DNA from: a virus
DNA length: 64,000 nt
Virus record (IMG/VR): IMGVR_UViG_3300020469_000001
Span: 1-64,000 of that record
Direction: 5' to 3' (one strand)
The notes under the pieces are model-generated. The model ran no database searches. It saw nothing but the letters and a program-made list of their open reading frames with translations, and was not told the DNA's origin. This document shows positions 46,283 to 54,945 of this stretch, in pieces. Made by a program: the position numbers and the translations under genes. Within the stretch, counting starts at the first letter, position 1. The number at the start of each line of letters is the position of its first letter.

Positions 46283-47312
46283 CTTGTTCCAATATAATGT
46301 TATATCCAGTTTGTCCATTTATATCTAACCTTACACTTTGATTTACTTCTCGAATGAGAGTAAGAAACTCTGCATCTCCAAAAGTTGTAATCTGTGTGCT
46401 TGCATCTTGTCCGAATGTAGTACCTTTTAAATCTACAGGTGCTGCTCCAACGGATGCGAGTTCATTATTATCTAGTTCATCTACTGATTCTATTATTTCT
46501 AGTAGATCTTCCAGGAAGTTAGTTCCTAGGTAGTCTATGTCAAGTTCTCGAAAGTCTTCCTCTACTTCTAATAAGTCTACATCGAGCCCGTCGTAAGCGA
46601 GGTAGTCGATATCAAGAATATTAGTACCAGAGTCGTCACTTCCAGACGATCCCTCATTTTGTTGTATTTCTTCATTTTTCTTAGGTGGTGAGACAATCAA
46701 AAGATTGTCTATCAGATCTAGTGTTAAGTCGAGGATAACAGGTTTAGTAGGACTCTGTTCCCATACAGTTGTAACAGTAGATTGATACGGTTTATTTAGT
46801 ATTACCTGTCCTAAAGCAGTTGCTACTACAATCTCGCCAGAGGGCAGTCCGTTTGCATCTGGTAAGAGTATCACCAATGACTTACCGAACTCGTCAACGG
46901 TAACAGTAAAGTCTGTTCCTCGAATTGCGATTTGTGCTGTTGGTGTACTGATGTTGATATTCTGTTTGTTTATCTGTCCTATCTTACCAGTAATAAATCG
47001 AGCAGTGCCACTTGCAAATTGCATACTCATCTTTGACTTGTTTGGATTTGGGTCAAAGATTACTTCGTCTATAACAAGTTTGCTATGCTCTGTGAGTCGA
47101 ACTTGACTATCGTCTATGAATGTGATACCTAGTCGCCCATTAGCTGTACGCACATCATCCATTTGTTGAATGTCTTGTTCTAAAGTTGCAGGTAAGGTGT
47201 CATCTCGAATGACGGCACCTTGCCCGCGTAGTTCCGTGATTGCGCCTATATCAGCAAGAAGTGGATGTACCACCATCAGACTGAATAACACAGATGTTAC
47301 TGTTTGACGCAT
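46209..47312 (-). CDS. FecR-domain periplasmic protein
   Basis: Signal peptide; DDVRT..GR..I.F.D.S...L; TPTAQIAIRGTDF. Confidence 0.85.
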   Translation of the reverse strand: MRQTVTSVLFSLMVVHPLLADIGAITELRGQGAVIRDDTLPATLEQDIQQMDDVRTANGRLGITFIDDSQVRLTEHSKLVIDEVIFDPNPNKSKMSMQFASGTARFITGKIGQINKQNINISTPTAQIAIRGTDFTVTVDEFGKSLVILLPDANGLPSGEIVVATALGQVILNKPYQSTVTTVWEQSPTKPVILDLTLDLIDNLLIVSPPKKNEEIQQNEGSSGSDDSGTNILDIDYLAYDGLDVDLLEVEEDFRELDIDYLGTNFLEDLLEIIESVDELDNNELASVGAAPVDLKGTTFGQDASTQITTFGDAEFLTLIREVNQSVRLDINGQTGYNIILEQDGKAYNVVVGNGADVTISVKQSSG

Positions 47313-47964
47313 CGCTCTCTATTTTTAACCAATCGAGTGCTAGTGTTGATTTTTGTTGTATTTCAATAGTATTTGTACTACCATTTAAATCCAAGTAAAA
47401 ATAACCTGCATCACTCGATGAGGCTCCTTGACCAGTTTTGGTCAATTCCATTGTATTACTATCTCCTAAGATATCCATATACGCAGTATAGTAGTCAGAG
47501 TCTATATCGAATGTTAAATCGTTACTGTCTCCGTCTAGTATTAGATCTAAGTCTAAATAACTTGCTCCTGCATTTTCACCGATGTCCCAATCAAAAACGT
47601 TTGAGCTACCTGTTACATCTACATTGATGTTTGCAAAGTCAACTGTATTTAGTCCTGTAGTATCCATAGAAAACTCGAATGTATTTGAATCTCCATCAAA
47701 TTCGAAGAAACCAGTAAAGTTTTCGCCTAATACACCGTCAGTTAGAAATTTATTTGAAGAACCAATCTGGTTAATATCCAATGTCCATGTACCACCGTTT
47801 AAGATAGCTTTTGTCATAGAACCGCTTGTTGCATCGTCACCACCAATAAGGTTGTTCGATCCTAGTTGCTCTAAGTCAATATTGACATTGTTTCCAGTTT
47901 GATCTATGTAAATTTCATTGTCTGCATATAAACCAAAGGATAGTAATAAAAGTAATATTCTCAT
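47251..47964 (-). CDS. Curlin-like beta-repeat secreted protein
   Basis: Signal peptide; repeated I.Q.GxxN and GDSN turns; terminal Cys pair. Confidence 0.75.
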   Translation of the reverse strand: MRILLLLLSFGLYADNEIYIDQTGNNVNIDLEQLGSNNLIGGDDATSGSMTKAILNGGTWTLDINQIGSSNKFLTDGVLGENFTGFFEFDGDSNTFEFSMDTTGLNTVDFANINVDVTGSSNVFDWDIGENAGASYLDLDLILDGDSNDLTFDIDSDYYTAYMDILGDSNTMELTKTGQGASSSDAGYFYLDLNGSTNTIEIQQKSTLALDWLKIESDASNSNICVIQSDGGTSTSC

Positions 47965-48830
47965 TACTTCTCTCCCCAGTACTTCCAGTACCCTTTCTCT
48001 TTGCCGTCTTTTATCAATTGAACTACTGCAGTTTCAAGCGCTGCTTGTATTGCAATAGATTTACTTTCATTCATTGCAGTTCCGCTTTCAAACTCTACGA
48101 GCTTTGTGCCTTCTGCTATAAACCTAAAGAAGTCATTTGATACTCCGACAGAGAGTATTTTCTTTGACGTAAGGATTTCCATTAAGATCTCTCCTGTACT
48201 CACAGAAACTAGTCTTAATGAGACCACTACGGTATCCTCACGATATTGCTTGGAGTTACCAATGCCTAAATATCTAGCACCTATACCTCCTGTTAATAGA
48301 TTAGTGTTATAATCTACTATTCCCCCTTCAATGATTAATCCAGCAAACAGTAGTGGAAGCTGCTCGTCTTCATCATTAAAACTTTGTCTAGTCTGTCTTA
48401 TTAATTGTCTTTCTCTAGTTAAGTGGTCAAGGCCACCTCTTTCGACAACTTTGAAGAATCCAGACTGTTTGAGTGCTCTTATGAGGTATGTCTCGGGAGC
48501 CATAGTAACAGCAGTACTGAAACTAGCTATACCATCGACACTCTTTCTTTGTCCTGTTGAATCTGTAAATTTGTATACGGCCACCACGGGATATCGTGAT
48601 GGTTGTGGAATTGTTTTAATTGCATCTGTAACTGGCGTATTGATAATAGCATCTCCAGAAAAGCATTGCGCTTTTCCGATAATAGTTACAACATCTTTAT
48701 AGTCTTCGTCTGGATTTGTTAAGCAAGGTGACACATATTTGTAATGTGTAAAGTTTGCACAACTAGCCAGTAGGAAAACCGAAGTCGCCAATAGGGATTG
48801 TAATGACAGTCGTTTCACCAGTAGCCTCAT
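47964..48830 (-). CDS. csgG: CsgG curli secretion channel lipoprotein
   Basis: LASC lipobox; VAVYKF.D.TGQRK, FSTAVT, VVER.GL..L.RERQ.IR, GG.GARYLGIG..QYR.D. Confidence 0.92.
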   Translation of the reverse strand: MRLLVKRLSLQSLLATSVFLLASCANFTHYKYVSPCLTNPDEDYKDVVTIIGKAQCFSGDAIINTPVTDAIKTIPQPSRYPVVAVYKFTDSTGQRKSVDGIASFSTAVTMAPETYLIRALKQSGFFKVVERGGLDHLTRERQLIRQTRQSFNDEDEQLPLLFAGLIIEGGIVDYNTNLLTGGIGARYLGIGNSKQYREDTVVVSLRLVSVSTGEILMEILTSKKILSVGVSNDFFRFIAEGTKLVEFESGTAMNESKSIAIQAALETAVVQLIKDGKEKGYWKYWGEK

Positions 48831-49257
48831 TAAATATGGTCATTGTAATTGATATACCATCTGATGTCCATGTAATCAGATTATCAAACAACATGAATGA
48901 TCCTTCCGATGCAGGGTTTTCTCCGAACAACTGGTCTACTAGCTGTCGAGATAACTGTGCGTATACTCTACTCTCAAAGTTCTTTATAAATCTTGCGAGA
49001 GTACTATTATTTTCCTCTCGTTCTGCGGCTTCTTTGAGTGCTTTAATTTCTGCGGCGATTGCCTCTTTTCTTGACATCTCTTGTGAGTCAATTGTAAGAT
49101 AGTGGCTAGATGTACCTACACCACTGAATGAAGGATTTTTAAATCCAAACTTTATTTCATCCGCGTTTAAGTCTGCTGCAATTGCTATAAAGCTTAATAT
49201 AAATAAAGCTCCTATAACACTATTTGCAACTCTGTTATTTAGTTTTCTTTCGTTCAT
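48763..49257 (-). CDS. csgF: CsgF curli assembly protein
   Basis: Signal peptide; FKNPSFSG; ESRVYAQLSRQL; TGETT.I.IP. Confidence 0.85.
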   Translation of the reverse strand: MNERKLNNRVANSVIGALFILSFIAIAADLNADEIKFGFKNPSFSGVGTSSHYLTIDSQEMSRKEAIAAEIKALKEAAEREENNSTLARFIKNFESRVYAQLSRQLVDQLFGENPASEGSFMLFDNLITWTSDGISITMTIFNEATGETTVITIPIGDFGFPTG

Positions 49258-49498
49258 TTTCTTTTAACTGTAAAACTGTGTCCAGTTTCTTTTGCAGTCG
49301 TATCATGTCATTATCCAACATTCTTATCTGGTCGATAAGTTGTAGTATGGTAATTTTCATTTCTTCGATTGCTGGGTCTATCTTCTCGGTCACTGTAGTC
49401 CATACGAAGTATACGAAATATCCAAGTCCAACCATTGCAACAACTGGAAATCCAAATTGTTGTATGGCATCAATCACGTCTTGCATCGATACTCCCAC
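49235..49498 (-). CDS. Small membrane protein (holin-like)
   Basis: IQQFGFPVV TM then LIDQIRMLDNDMIRL. Confidence 0.7.
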   Translation of the reverse strand: MGVSMQDVIDAIQQFGFPVVAMVGLGYFVYFVWTTVTEKIDPAIEEMKITILQLIDQIRMLDNDMIRLQKKLDTVLQLKENERKKTK

Positions 49499-49766
49499 TT
49501 TCTACAAAGTTTTCTGCTCTTGCTATTTTTTCTAAGTCTGGTGCAAGTCCCAGCGCGGATGATACACTCATATCTATTTTAATCATATCATTGTTCATAA
49601 CTTTGATACGAGTAATTAACATCTTAGAGATTCCTCGAACTTCTTCTGTATCTCCAACAACGTCATCCATAATCTTTCTTATGATGAGAAATATAAAACC
49701 ACCCATAAACAGTGCTGCAGCGATAGGTGCTCCAACTTGTCCGATTACGTCAAATATCTCACTCAT
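49470..49766 (-). CDS. Small membrane protein, paralogue of its neighbour
   Basis: IGQVGAPIA TM then LITRIKVMNNDMIKI. Confidence 0.7.
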   Translation of the reverse strand: MSEIFDVIGQVGAPIAAALFMGGFIFLIIRKIMDDVVGDTEEVRGISKMLITRIKVMNNDMIKIDMSVSSALGLAPDLEKIARAENFVESGSIDARRD

Positions 49767-50002
49767 AAGTACTTAATCATTTCTTGATTGATTGCCATAC
49801 ATCCAAACATGCCAAATAGTACAGTAACCTGTATAATACTTGCATAAGTAATTTGTCTCATTGGATGCATATCTGTTAACTTCTCTATCATGCTTTCTGA
49901 TGGCGATAGGTTAACTATTTGTAATGCTTTCCTAGAAGCCGATGCTTTCTCCGCATCCGCATCTATATGTTTCTTTTGGGTTGTTAAATCTGAATTCTTC
50001 AT
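49763..50002 (-). CDS. Small membrane protein (start uncertain)
   Basis: C-terminal hydrophobic segment; 5' part overlaps iscA. Confidence 0.4.
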   Translation of the reverse strand: MKNSDLTTQKKHIDADAEKASASRKALQIVNLSPSESMIEKLTDMHPMRQITYASIIQVTVLFGMFGCMAINQEMIKYL

Positions 50003-50249
50003 TTAGTCCGTCCGTGTGCCAATCAATAGTCATGCCTTCTAAATAAGGCGCAGAGTTAGGGTCTACCCTAAATCTAATCTTGCCCCAATCTATTACCAGA
50101 TCATCTGAATAATTTTTAGGGTTAAAAGCAAAAAGATACTCCATACCACCGCAGCCACCCCCAGTAATACCAAGTCTAAAAACAAAGTTGTCTTCTGCGC
50201 TCGCTTTCTGTATAAGTTTAGTATACGCCTCATTAGTAATTTCTATCAT
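49932..50249 (-). CDS. iscA: Fe-S cluster A-type carrier (IscA/HesB)
   Basis: GGGCGG..Y, FNNP....CGCGES. Confidence 0.92.
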   Translation of the reverse strand: MIEITNEAYTKLIQKASAEDNFVFRLGITGGGCGGMEYLFAFNPKNYSDDLVIDWGKIRFRVDPNSAPYLEGMTIDWHTDGLNEEFRFNNPKETYRCGCGESIGF

Positions 50250-50295
50250 CTATCTAATTTAAATAGTCTCCAAACATTTTGTATTCTGCTTGCTT

Positions 50296-50712
50296 TCATA
50301 AATTTGTGTATTTTTCTGAACATTTATCCTCCCAGTTCTGAATAGCCTTTCTTATTGCGTCTTCGGCTAGAACTGAGCAGTGAATCTTTATTGGCGGCAA
50401 CTGTAGTGCCTCGGCAATATCTTTGTTCTTAATTTCTTTTGCTTCTTCTATAGTAAGTCCTTTTAACATATCTACAAACATTGTAGAAGACGCGATAGCT
50501 GAACCGCATCCATATGTTTTAAATTTTACATCAATGATTTTTTCTTGTTCGTCAAGTTTAAGTTGTAACTTCATGACATCACCACAAGCGGGTGCTCCTG
50601 TCATTCCTGTAGCTATATCGGGGTCGTTCGGGTCAAAACGGCCTACGCTAAATTGCTTAGGACTGTTCAGTACTCCTTCGAACCTTTCGATAACTTCTTT
50701 ACTATATGCCAA
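50296..50712 (-). CDS. iscU: Fe-S scaffold IscU
   Basis: GAPACGDVMKLQ, FKTYGCGSAIASS, LPPIKIHCSVLAEDAI. Confidence 0.95.
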   Translation of the reverse strand: MAYSKEVIERFEGVLNSPKQFSVGRFDPNDPDIATGMTGAPACGDVMKLQLKLDEQEKIIDVKFKTYGCGSAIASSTMFVDMLKGLTIEEAKEIKNKDIAEALQLPPIKIHCSVLAEDAIRKAIQNWEDKCSEKYTNL

Positions 50713-50908
50713 TTTTCTTTATACCAAATACATAGTTTTCAGCTGCATCTTCTGCATACGCTTCACTATGTCCTTTGTAAAATTCGGTAGCTACTAATAC
50801 ACCCTCTGGGTTGTAGAATCTAGCACCAAATACTCCTTTGTCTACGATTGTGTCGGCTCGTAGATTGCCACTCATGTACGTTGATAGTTCTTGCATTTTT
50901 TTCCTCAT
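50702..50908 (-). CDS. Hypothetical protein
   Basis: HSE.YAEDAAENYV motif seen in marine phages. Confidence 0.65.
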   Translation of the reverse strand: MRKKMQELSTYMSGNLRADTIVDKGVFGARFYNPEGVLVATEFYKGHSEAYAEDAAENYVFGIKKIGI

Positions 50909-50911
50909 ATT

Positions 50912-51364
50912 TTATTTCAACAACTTCTCCATCAGTTTGCCATAGTTGCCTTGCCCGAAAGGGAGTTCGTTGATCTGTACATTTGTCTGATTTTTGACAT
51001 TTGAGGTTTTTGCTTTTTCTAGTTCTGCCATAGCTTTGATTTCATCCATACGCATTTTGTGTGCCATTTGTATTAAATCCGCTAGGTCTTTGTTAGTATA
51101 AATTTGAGATTCTTCGCTCTCTTCTAGTTTGCGCTCAATAATATCGTCAAGTGTGTTTGCTAATTTAAAACGATTTCTGTAACCTGTATCTAGATACACT
51201 TGATCGATGTACGCTTTGATTTCCCGTTTTCCTAAAAATTCTTGCACGGTGTTTTCATCTATTTTCATTCTGGCGCACACGGCTGGTATGCTTCCTAATT
51301 CTAGATAGTTGTTCGCTATTTCAAGCCCTTCTGGACTCATCTTGGTTACAATTTCATTTTTCAT
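50912..51364 (-). CDS. terS: Terminase small subunit (T5-like), leaderless start MKNEIV
   Basis: SPEGLEIA..YL, YLDTGYRNR, KLEE.EES, NVQIN...NY.KLM.KL. Confidence 0.8.
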   Translation of the reverse strand: MKNEIVTKMSPEGLEIANNYLELGSIPAVCARMKIDENTVQEFLGKREIKAYIDQVYLDTGYRNRFKLANTLDDIIERKLEESEESQIYTNKDLADLIQMAHKMRMDEIKAMAELEKAKTSNVKNQTNVQINELPFGQGNYGKLMEKLLK

Positions 51365-51370
51365 ATTTTG

Positions 51371-51399
51371 ATTATACCAAATTTTAATCCTCGTGTCAA
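51371..51399 (-). promoter_or_regulatory. Sigma70 promoter with +1 on the terS ATG
   Basis: TTGACA-N17-TATAAT-N6-ATG. Confidence 0.8.
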
Positions 51400-51536
51400 G
51401 AAGTATTTTCGTATGCATCGTCACGATGCTCTGTGCGCGTCTTTTTACTCTTTTCCAAAAAATCCAAAAGTCGTACGCGCAGGGGGGTGTGGGCGAGACA
51501 GGGGAGCAAGGTCTACTAACCCCCCTATCATATATG

Positions 51537-51719
51537 CTAGACTGTGTCAACTGTTCTTTCAAGAAAACTGCCAAAGGGCGATTCTTGAAGGCTCACTACT
51601 TGACATCTATTATCAAATCTTTTCTTTTGCTCATCACAGATTTTTTCTGCTATTGCTTTTGCTTCTTCGTCATTCTCACACCAAATATTTAATGAGAATT
51701 CTACTCTATATCTTTCCAT
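51537..51719 (-). CDS. Hypothetical protein (putative pre-early)
   Basis: GGAGGG RBS; directly follows the upstream ORF. Confidence 0.65.
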   Translation of the reverse strand: MERYRVEFSLNIWCENDEEAKAIAEKICDEQKKRFDNRCQVVSLQESPFGSFLERTVDTV

Positions 51720-51720
51720 A

Positions 51721-51858
51721 TTATTTGCCCTCCAATTTAATTTTTAGCTTATGGATTCTATTTGAAATATTGAAATACATTTTTGAGCCAACTCTAACTT
51801 GCTTTCTAGCTTTGAGCCAAACTTGAATTTCCCTTTCCATTTCTTTTTTCGTTTTCAT
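51721..51858 (-). CDS. Small basic protein (45 aa, leaderless, not in ORF track)
   Basis: MKTKKEMERE...LEGK*; TTGCAA-N17-TATAAT-N6-ATG. Confidence 0.6.
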   Translation of the reverse strand: MKTKKEMEREIQVWLKARKQVRVGSKMYFNISNRIHKLKIKLEGK

Positions 51859-51919
51859 AATATAATTATACACTCCTTATTTTAAATTTGCAAATCTTTT
51901 TTTCTTAAAAACTTGAACA

Positions 51920-52013
51920 TGGTTTAAAATTTGTTTACCCTTCGGGTTAATCTAAACTTGTTTAGATAAACAAATTTTAAACCACGAACGCCTTTTTGTC
52001 AACTTTTGTGACA
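51920..52013. repeat. Branched palindrome, copy 1
   Basis: 18-bp inverted repeat TGGTTTAAAATTTGTTTA enclosing two small hairpins. Confidence 0.9.
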
Positions 52014-52099
52014 GATTATTTTTCGGGTTTCTCATACACGATTTTAGCAAAAATGTCAAATTTTGTGACAGAATTTTTTGCGAACTTTTGAGAAATGTT

Positions 52100-52128
52100 T
52101 TGCAAACTTTAGAGAAAAGATTTATAAT
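52100..52128 (+). promoter_or_regulatory. Sigma70 promoter (TTGCAA class)
   Basis: TTGCAA-N17-TATAAT, divergent from the promoter at 51865-51893. Confidence 0.7.
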
Positions 52129-52237
52129 TTATATATTGTTAATAATTAAATGGAGACAATATAAGAATGGAAATATTTTTAATACCTATGGGACTGCTAA
52201 TACTAGCAATCGGATTTATGATTAATGGGGGAAGATA

Positions 52238-52453
52238 ATGCACGATAAATTATACATGCACTTACTGAAAGCCAAACATCAAGCCGAGAAAGAAAGGCTA
52301 GAAGTTAAGCAAAAACTAGACCTATTCAGAAAAGCGAATAGACATGCTAAACTTACTAAAGCGATAGGCTCAGAATATAAACAATTCGAGAAACAAATCA
52401 ATTCATATAATGGGTTGATTCGTGGACTGAAAGAAAGACTAAAACAAGGTTAA
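52238..52453 (+). CDS. Hypothetical coiled-coil protein
   Basis: GGGGG RBS, TAATG start. Confidence 0.65.
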   Translation: MHDKLYMHLLKAKHQAEKERLEVKQKLDLFRKANRHAKLTKAIGSEYKQFEKQINSYNGLIRGLKERLKQG

Positions 52454-52497
52454 AGATGTTGACCTTTAGCAACAACATCACAAATGGAGAAAATATT

Positions 52498-52668
52498 ATG
52501 GTAGATAAACCAAAATATTATGAAGATATGACTAAATCAGAAATGGTAAAAATCATATCTGAATCAACAGGGATTAAACTCCCAGCACTCGAAAGAGCAA
52601 CGAAGATTGATATTTCTAATATAGCGAAAGCGTTAAAAGTATCGGCAAATTATAAGGGGGCGAATTAA
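52498..52668 (+). CDS. A2/D3-family C-terminal half protein
   Basis: TKSEMV..I....GIKLPALERATK; GGAG RBS before MVDKP. Confidence 0.65.
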   Translation: MVDKPKYYEDMTKSEMVKIISESTGIKLPALERATKIDISNIAKALKVSANYKGAN

Positions 52669-53549
52669 TGTCACCTCATAGCACGAGGGCAACGCATACT
52701 ATTGTATGCGTTGTCGATACTGAAACAACTTTTATCAATGAAACGCCTAGAATGGTTTATCATTTTGGGGCGACCTTTGGAGACATTGAGCAAGAGAATT
52801 CTTTTAATGTTGTTAAAATGGATTATTATGTTAAGGAAGTTATCGAAGATTTATCTTTATTCTTACATCAGAATAAAGAGGGGCATAACTTTGGATATAA
52901 TAAATCTATGGCTAGAGCATTAAAAGACGCTATTAACAATCCTCATAAGGTTAAGAAATGGAAAGATATAATAAAAGAATGGCAAGACTATTTACACGCT
53001 ATGAATGTTCAATATCTTACATCTTATAATTTCAATTTTGATATTGGCACAGATTCAAGCGAAATTGCCACCATTAGAAAAACACATCAACAGCTAACAG
53101 ATAAGACTTTTTTCTTACCTCGTAATGTTGATTATTGTTGCTTAATGGATATAGGGGCAACTTTGTTTATGAATAGAAATTATCTTAATTGGGTTAATTC
53201 CTTAGATGAGAATGAAAAGAATCAGATGACTACAGAAAAAGGAAATTTATCTTATTCGGCTCAATCTTGTATGCGATACATAAACCGAGATTTATGGTAT
53301 CAAGAACAACATACAGCATTAAGGGATTCATTACTTGAATTTCAATTATTCGCACATTTTTGGGGTAAATGGAAATCAATAATAAAAAAAGAGTTTGTTA
53401 ATAATGTAAATACTCCCTCGTGGCAACATCTTAAAAAGGGTTATTCGGCAACGAAAAAACGCCAATTAAGAAAAGGGATTAAATCGAAAAAGGTTGCTAA
53501 AAAGAAAATGCAAATACAAACCGAGCTAAACTTACAAGGGGGTAAATAA
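52668..53549 (+). CDS. DEDDh-type 3'-5' exonuclease-like protein
   Basis: VVDTETT, SYNFNFD, HTALRD. Confidence 0.8.
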   Translation: MSPHSTRATHTIVCVVDTETTFINETPRMVYHFGATFGDIEQENSFNVVKMDYYVKEVIEDLSLFLHQNKEGHNFGYNKSMARALKDAINNPHKVKKWKDIIKEWQDYLHAMNVQYLTSYNFNFDIGTDSSEIATIRKTHQQLTDKTFFLPRNVDYCCLMDIGATLFMNRNYLNWVNSLDENEKNQMTTEKGNLSYSAQSCMRYINRDLWYQEQHTALRDSLLEFQLFAHFWGKWKSIIKKEFVNNVNTPSWQHLKKGYSATKKRQLRKGIKSKKVAKKKMQIQTELNLQGGK

Positions 53550-53725
53550 TGGCTAAACAATTAGAATTAAATTTTGATCCAAAATCGGCAATGGTTAAGG
53601 AAATAGAAAAAGATGTTCCAGACTTTAAAAAGAATGGATTTAAAACAAGGGACGAATATTTGGTTGCTTGTGAATTTGATAGATGTGCAAGGCACATGGA
53701 ACAAATGAAAGGGGGTAAAAAATGA
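53549..53725 (+). CDS. Small hypothetical protein (58 aa, not in ORF track)
   Basis: MAKQLELNF...GGKK*; coupled on both sides. Confidence 0.6.
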   Translation: MAKQLELNFDPKSAMVKEIEKDVPDFKKNGFKTRDEYLVACEFDRCARHMEQMKGGKK

Positions 53726-53976
53726 GATATATGTCAGAATTTGAAAGGCACGATAGAAAACTTCGTAAAATAAAAAATTGGTTAACTGTATTAGCTATGC
53801 TTTTAATTTTTATAGGATTGCAAGGGTTTTTACCCTTGCCACGCCTTGAATCTACATTTTTCATATTTACAGGTAATGCCTGTATTTTTTGGGTTGCTAT
53901 GGTAGATGAAGATAAAAGATTATTTCTTTTTACTTTGTTGATGATAATTGCACAAATTTCTAGGGTGGCATTATGA
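53722..53976 (+). CDS. Small membrane protein
   Basis: Three hydrophobic segments. Confidence 0.65.
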   Translation: MRYMSEFERHDRKLRKIKNWLTVLAMLLIFIGLQGFLPLPRLESTFFIFTGNACIFWVAMVDEDKRLFLFTLLMIIAQISRVAL

Positions 53977-54515
53977 CTTTTAGAGGAATGAAAGCGTATC
54001 TATATCTTAAACTTATAACTCGATTTTGTGATAGACTTTTTAATATAAATCAGAAAATCAGAATTTATGATTTAGATGGAACTATAATAGATTCGAGCCA
54101 CCGAGCAAAGCATAATGAATATGGAAAATTAGATTTAGACCATTGGAAAGAAAACAATACTAAAGAAAATATTTTTAAAGATGATTTGCTTCCTATGTAT
54201 TGGCAACTCGTAGCCGATTATAAGAATGGCGATTATATTATTTTATGCACAGCTAGAGAAATGGGAAAATGGGATTTAGAATATTTGCATACAATGGGTA
54301 TTTATTACGATAAAATTTTATGTAGAAATGAAAATGAAAATACTGCCGATTGGAAATTAAAAAGGCGTTTACTAAATCCATATTTTAATTTGAAGCCATT
54401 TAGAAATATACAAAAATATTTCTATGATGATAACGATTCTAACCTTTTAGCCATTGGCGATATGGGGGCGACTTGTTGCAACGCTAAAGAATGGAATAAC
54501 AAATTTAGCAAATAG
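53973..54515 (+). CDS. HAD-family phosphatase (nucleotidase/PNKP-phosphatase-like)
   Basis: YDLDGT, LCTAR, conserved Lys, FYDDN. Confidence 0.85.
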   Translation: MTFRGMKAYLYLKLITRFCDRLFNINQKIRIYDLDGTIIDSSHRAKHNEYGKLDLDHWKENNTKENIFKDDLLPMYWQLVADYKNGDYIILCTAREMGKWDLEYLHTMGIYYDKILCRNENENTADWKLKRRLLNPYFNLKPFRNIQKYFYDDNDSNLLAIGDMGATCCNAKEWNNKFSK

Positions 54516-54527
54516 AAAGGGGGAACA

Positions 54528-54556
54528 GGGGCGAGAAATCGCCCCACTTTTTTTTT
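54528..54556 (+). terminator. Intrinsic terminator
   Basis: GGGGCGA-GAAA-TCGCCCC followed by a T run. Confidence 0.9.
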
Positions 54557-54612
54557 CAAAAAAAGACTTGACTTTTACCCCAAAATCCTGTAAAAAAATC
54601 CACAAAAAAACT

Positions 54613-54700
54613 TGTCACAAAACTTGACTTTTTCTCGTGCGTGGTTTAAAATTTGTTTATCTAAACAGATAAACCCGAAGGGCTAGCAAATTTTAAACCA
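54613..54700. repeat. Branched palindrome, copy 2 (inverted relative to copy 1)
   Basis: 14-bp inverted repeat TGGTTTAAAATTTG, internal hairpins in reversed order, flanking TGTCACAAAA.TTGAC. Confidence 0.9.
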
Positions 54701-54904
54701 AGAACGATTTATCAACCTTCACAAATCCATAACACGAAACGCCAAAAATGTCAAGGGTTAATTTTCAAAAATTTTGTGATATAATCACTAGGTGAATTTA
54801 CTTTATAAATATAGAATCGTCATGGAATTAATCAGAACTGTAATTCCTGTTATTATGGTCATATTACAGGGCATAATTATTTTTAAATTATTTTCATAAA
54901 TCGC

Positions 54905-54933
54905 TTGACAATAGGGGCGAAATCGCCGATAAT
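54905..54933 (+). promoter_or_regulatory. Sigma70 promoter for the candidate sRNA
   Basis: TTGACA-N17-GATAAT. Confidence 0.7.
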
Positions 54934-54945
54934 ATTTATATTGAT

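Noticed and set aside
51365-51574. N-terminal 70 aa of the tracked 220-aa ORF
   Set aside because: Runs through a promoter and a G/C tract; TerS similarity begins at MKNEIV
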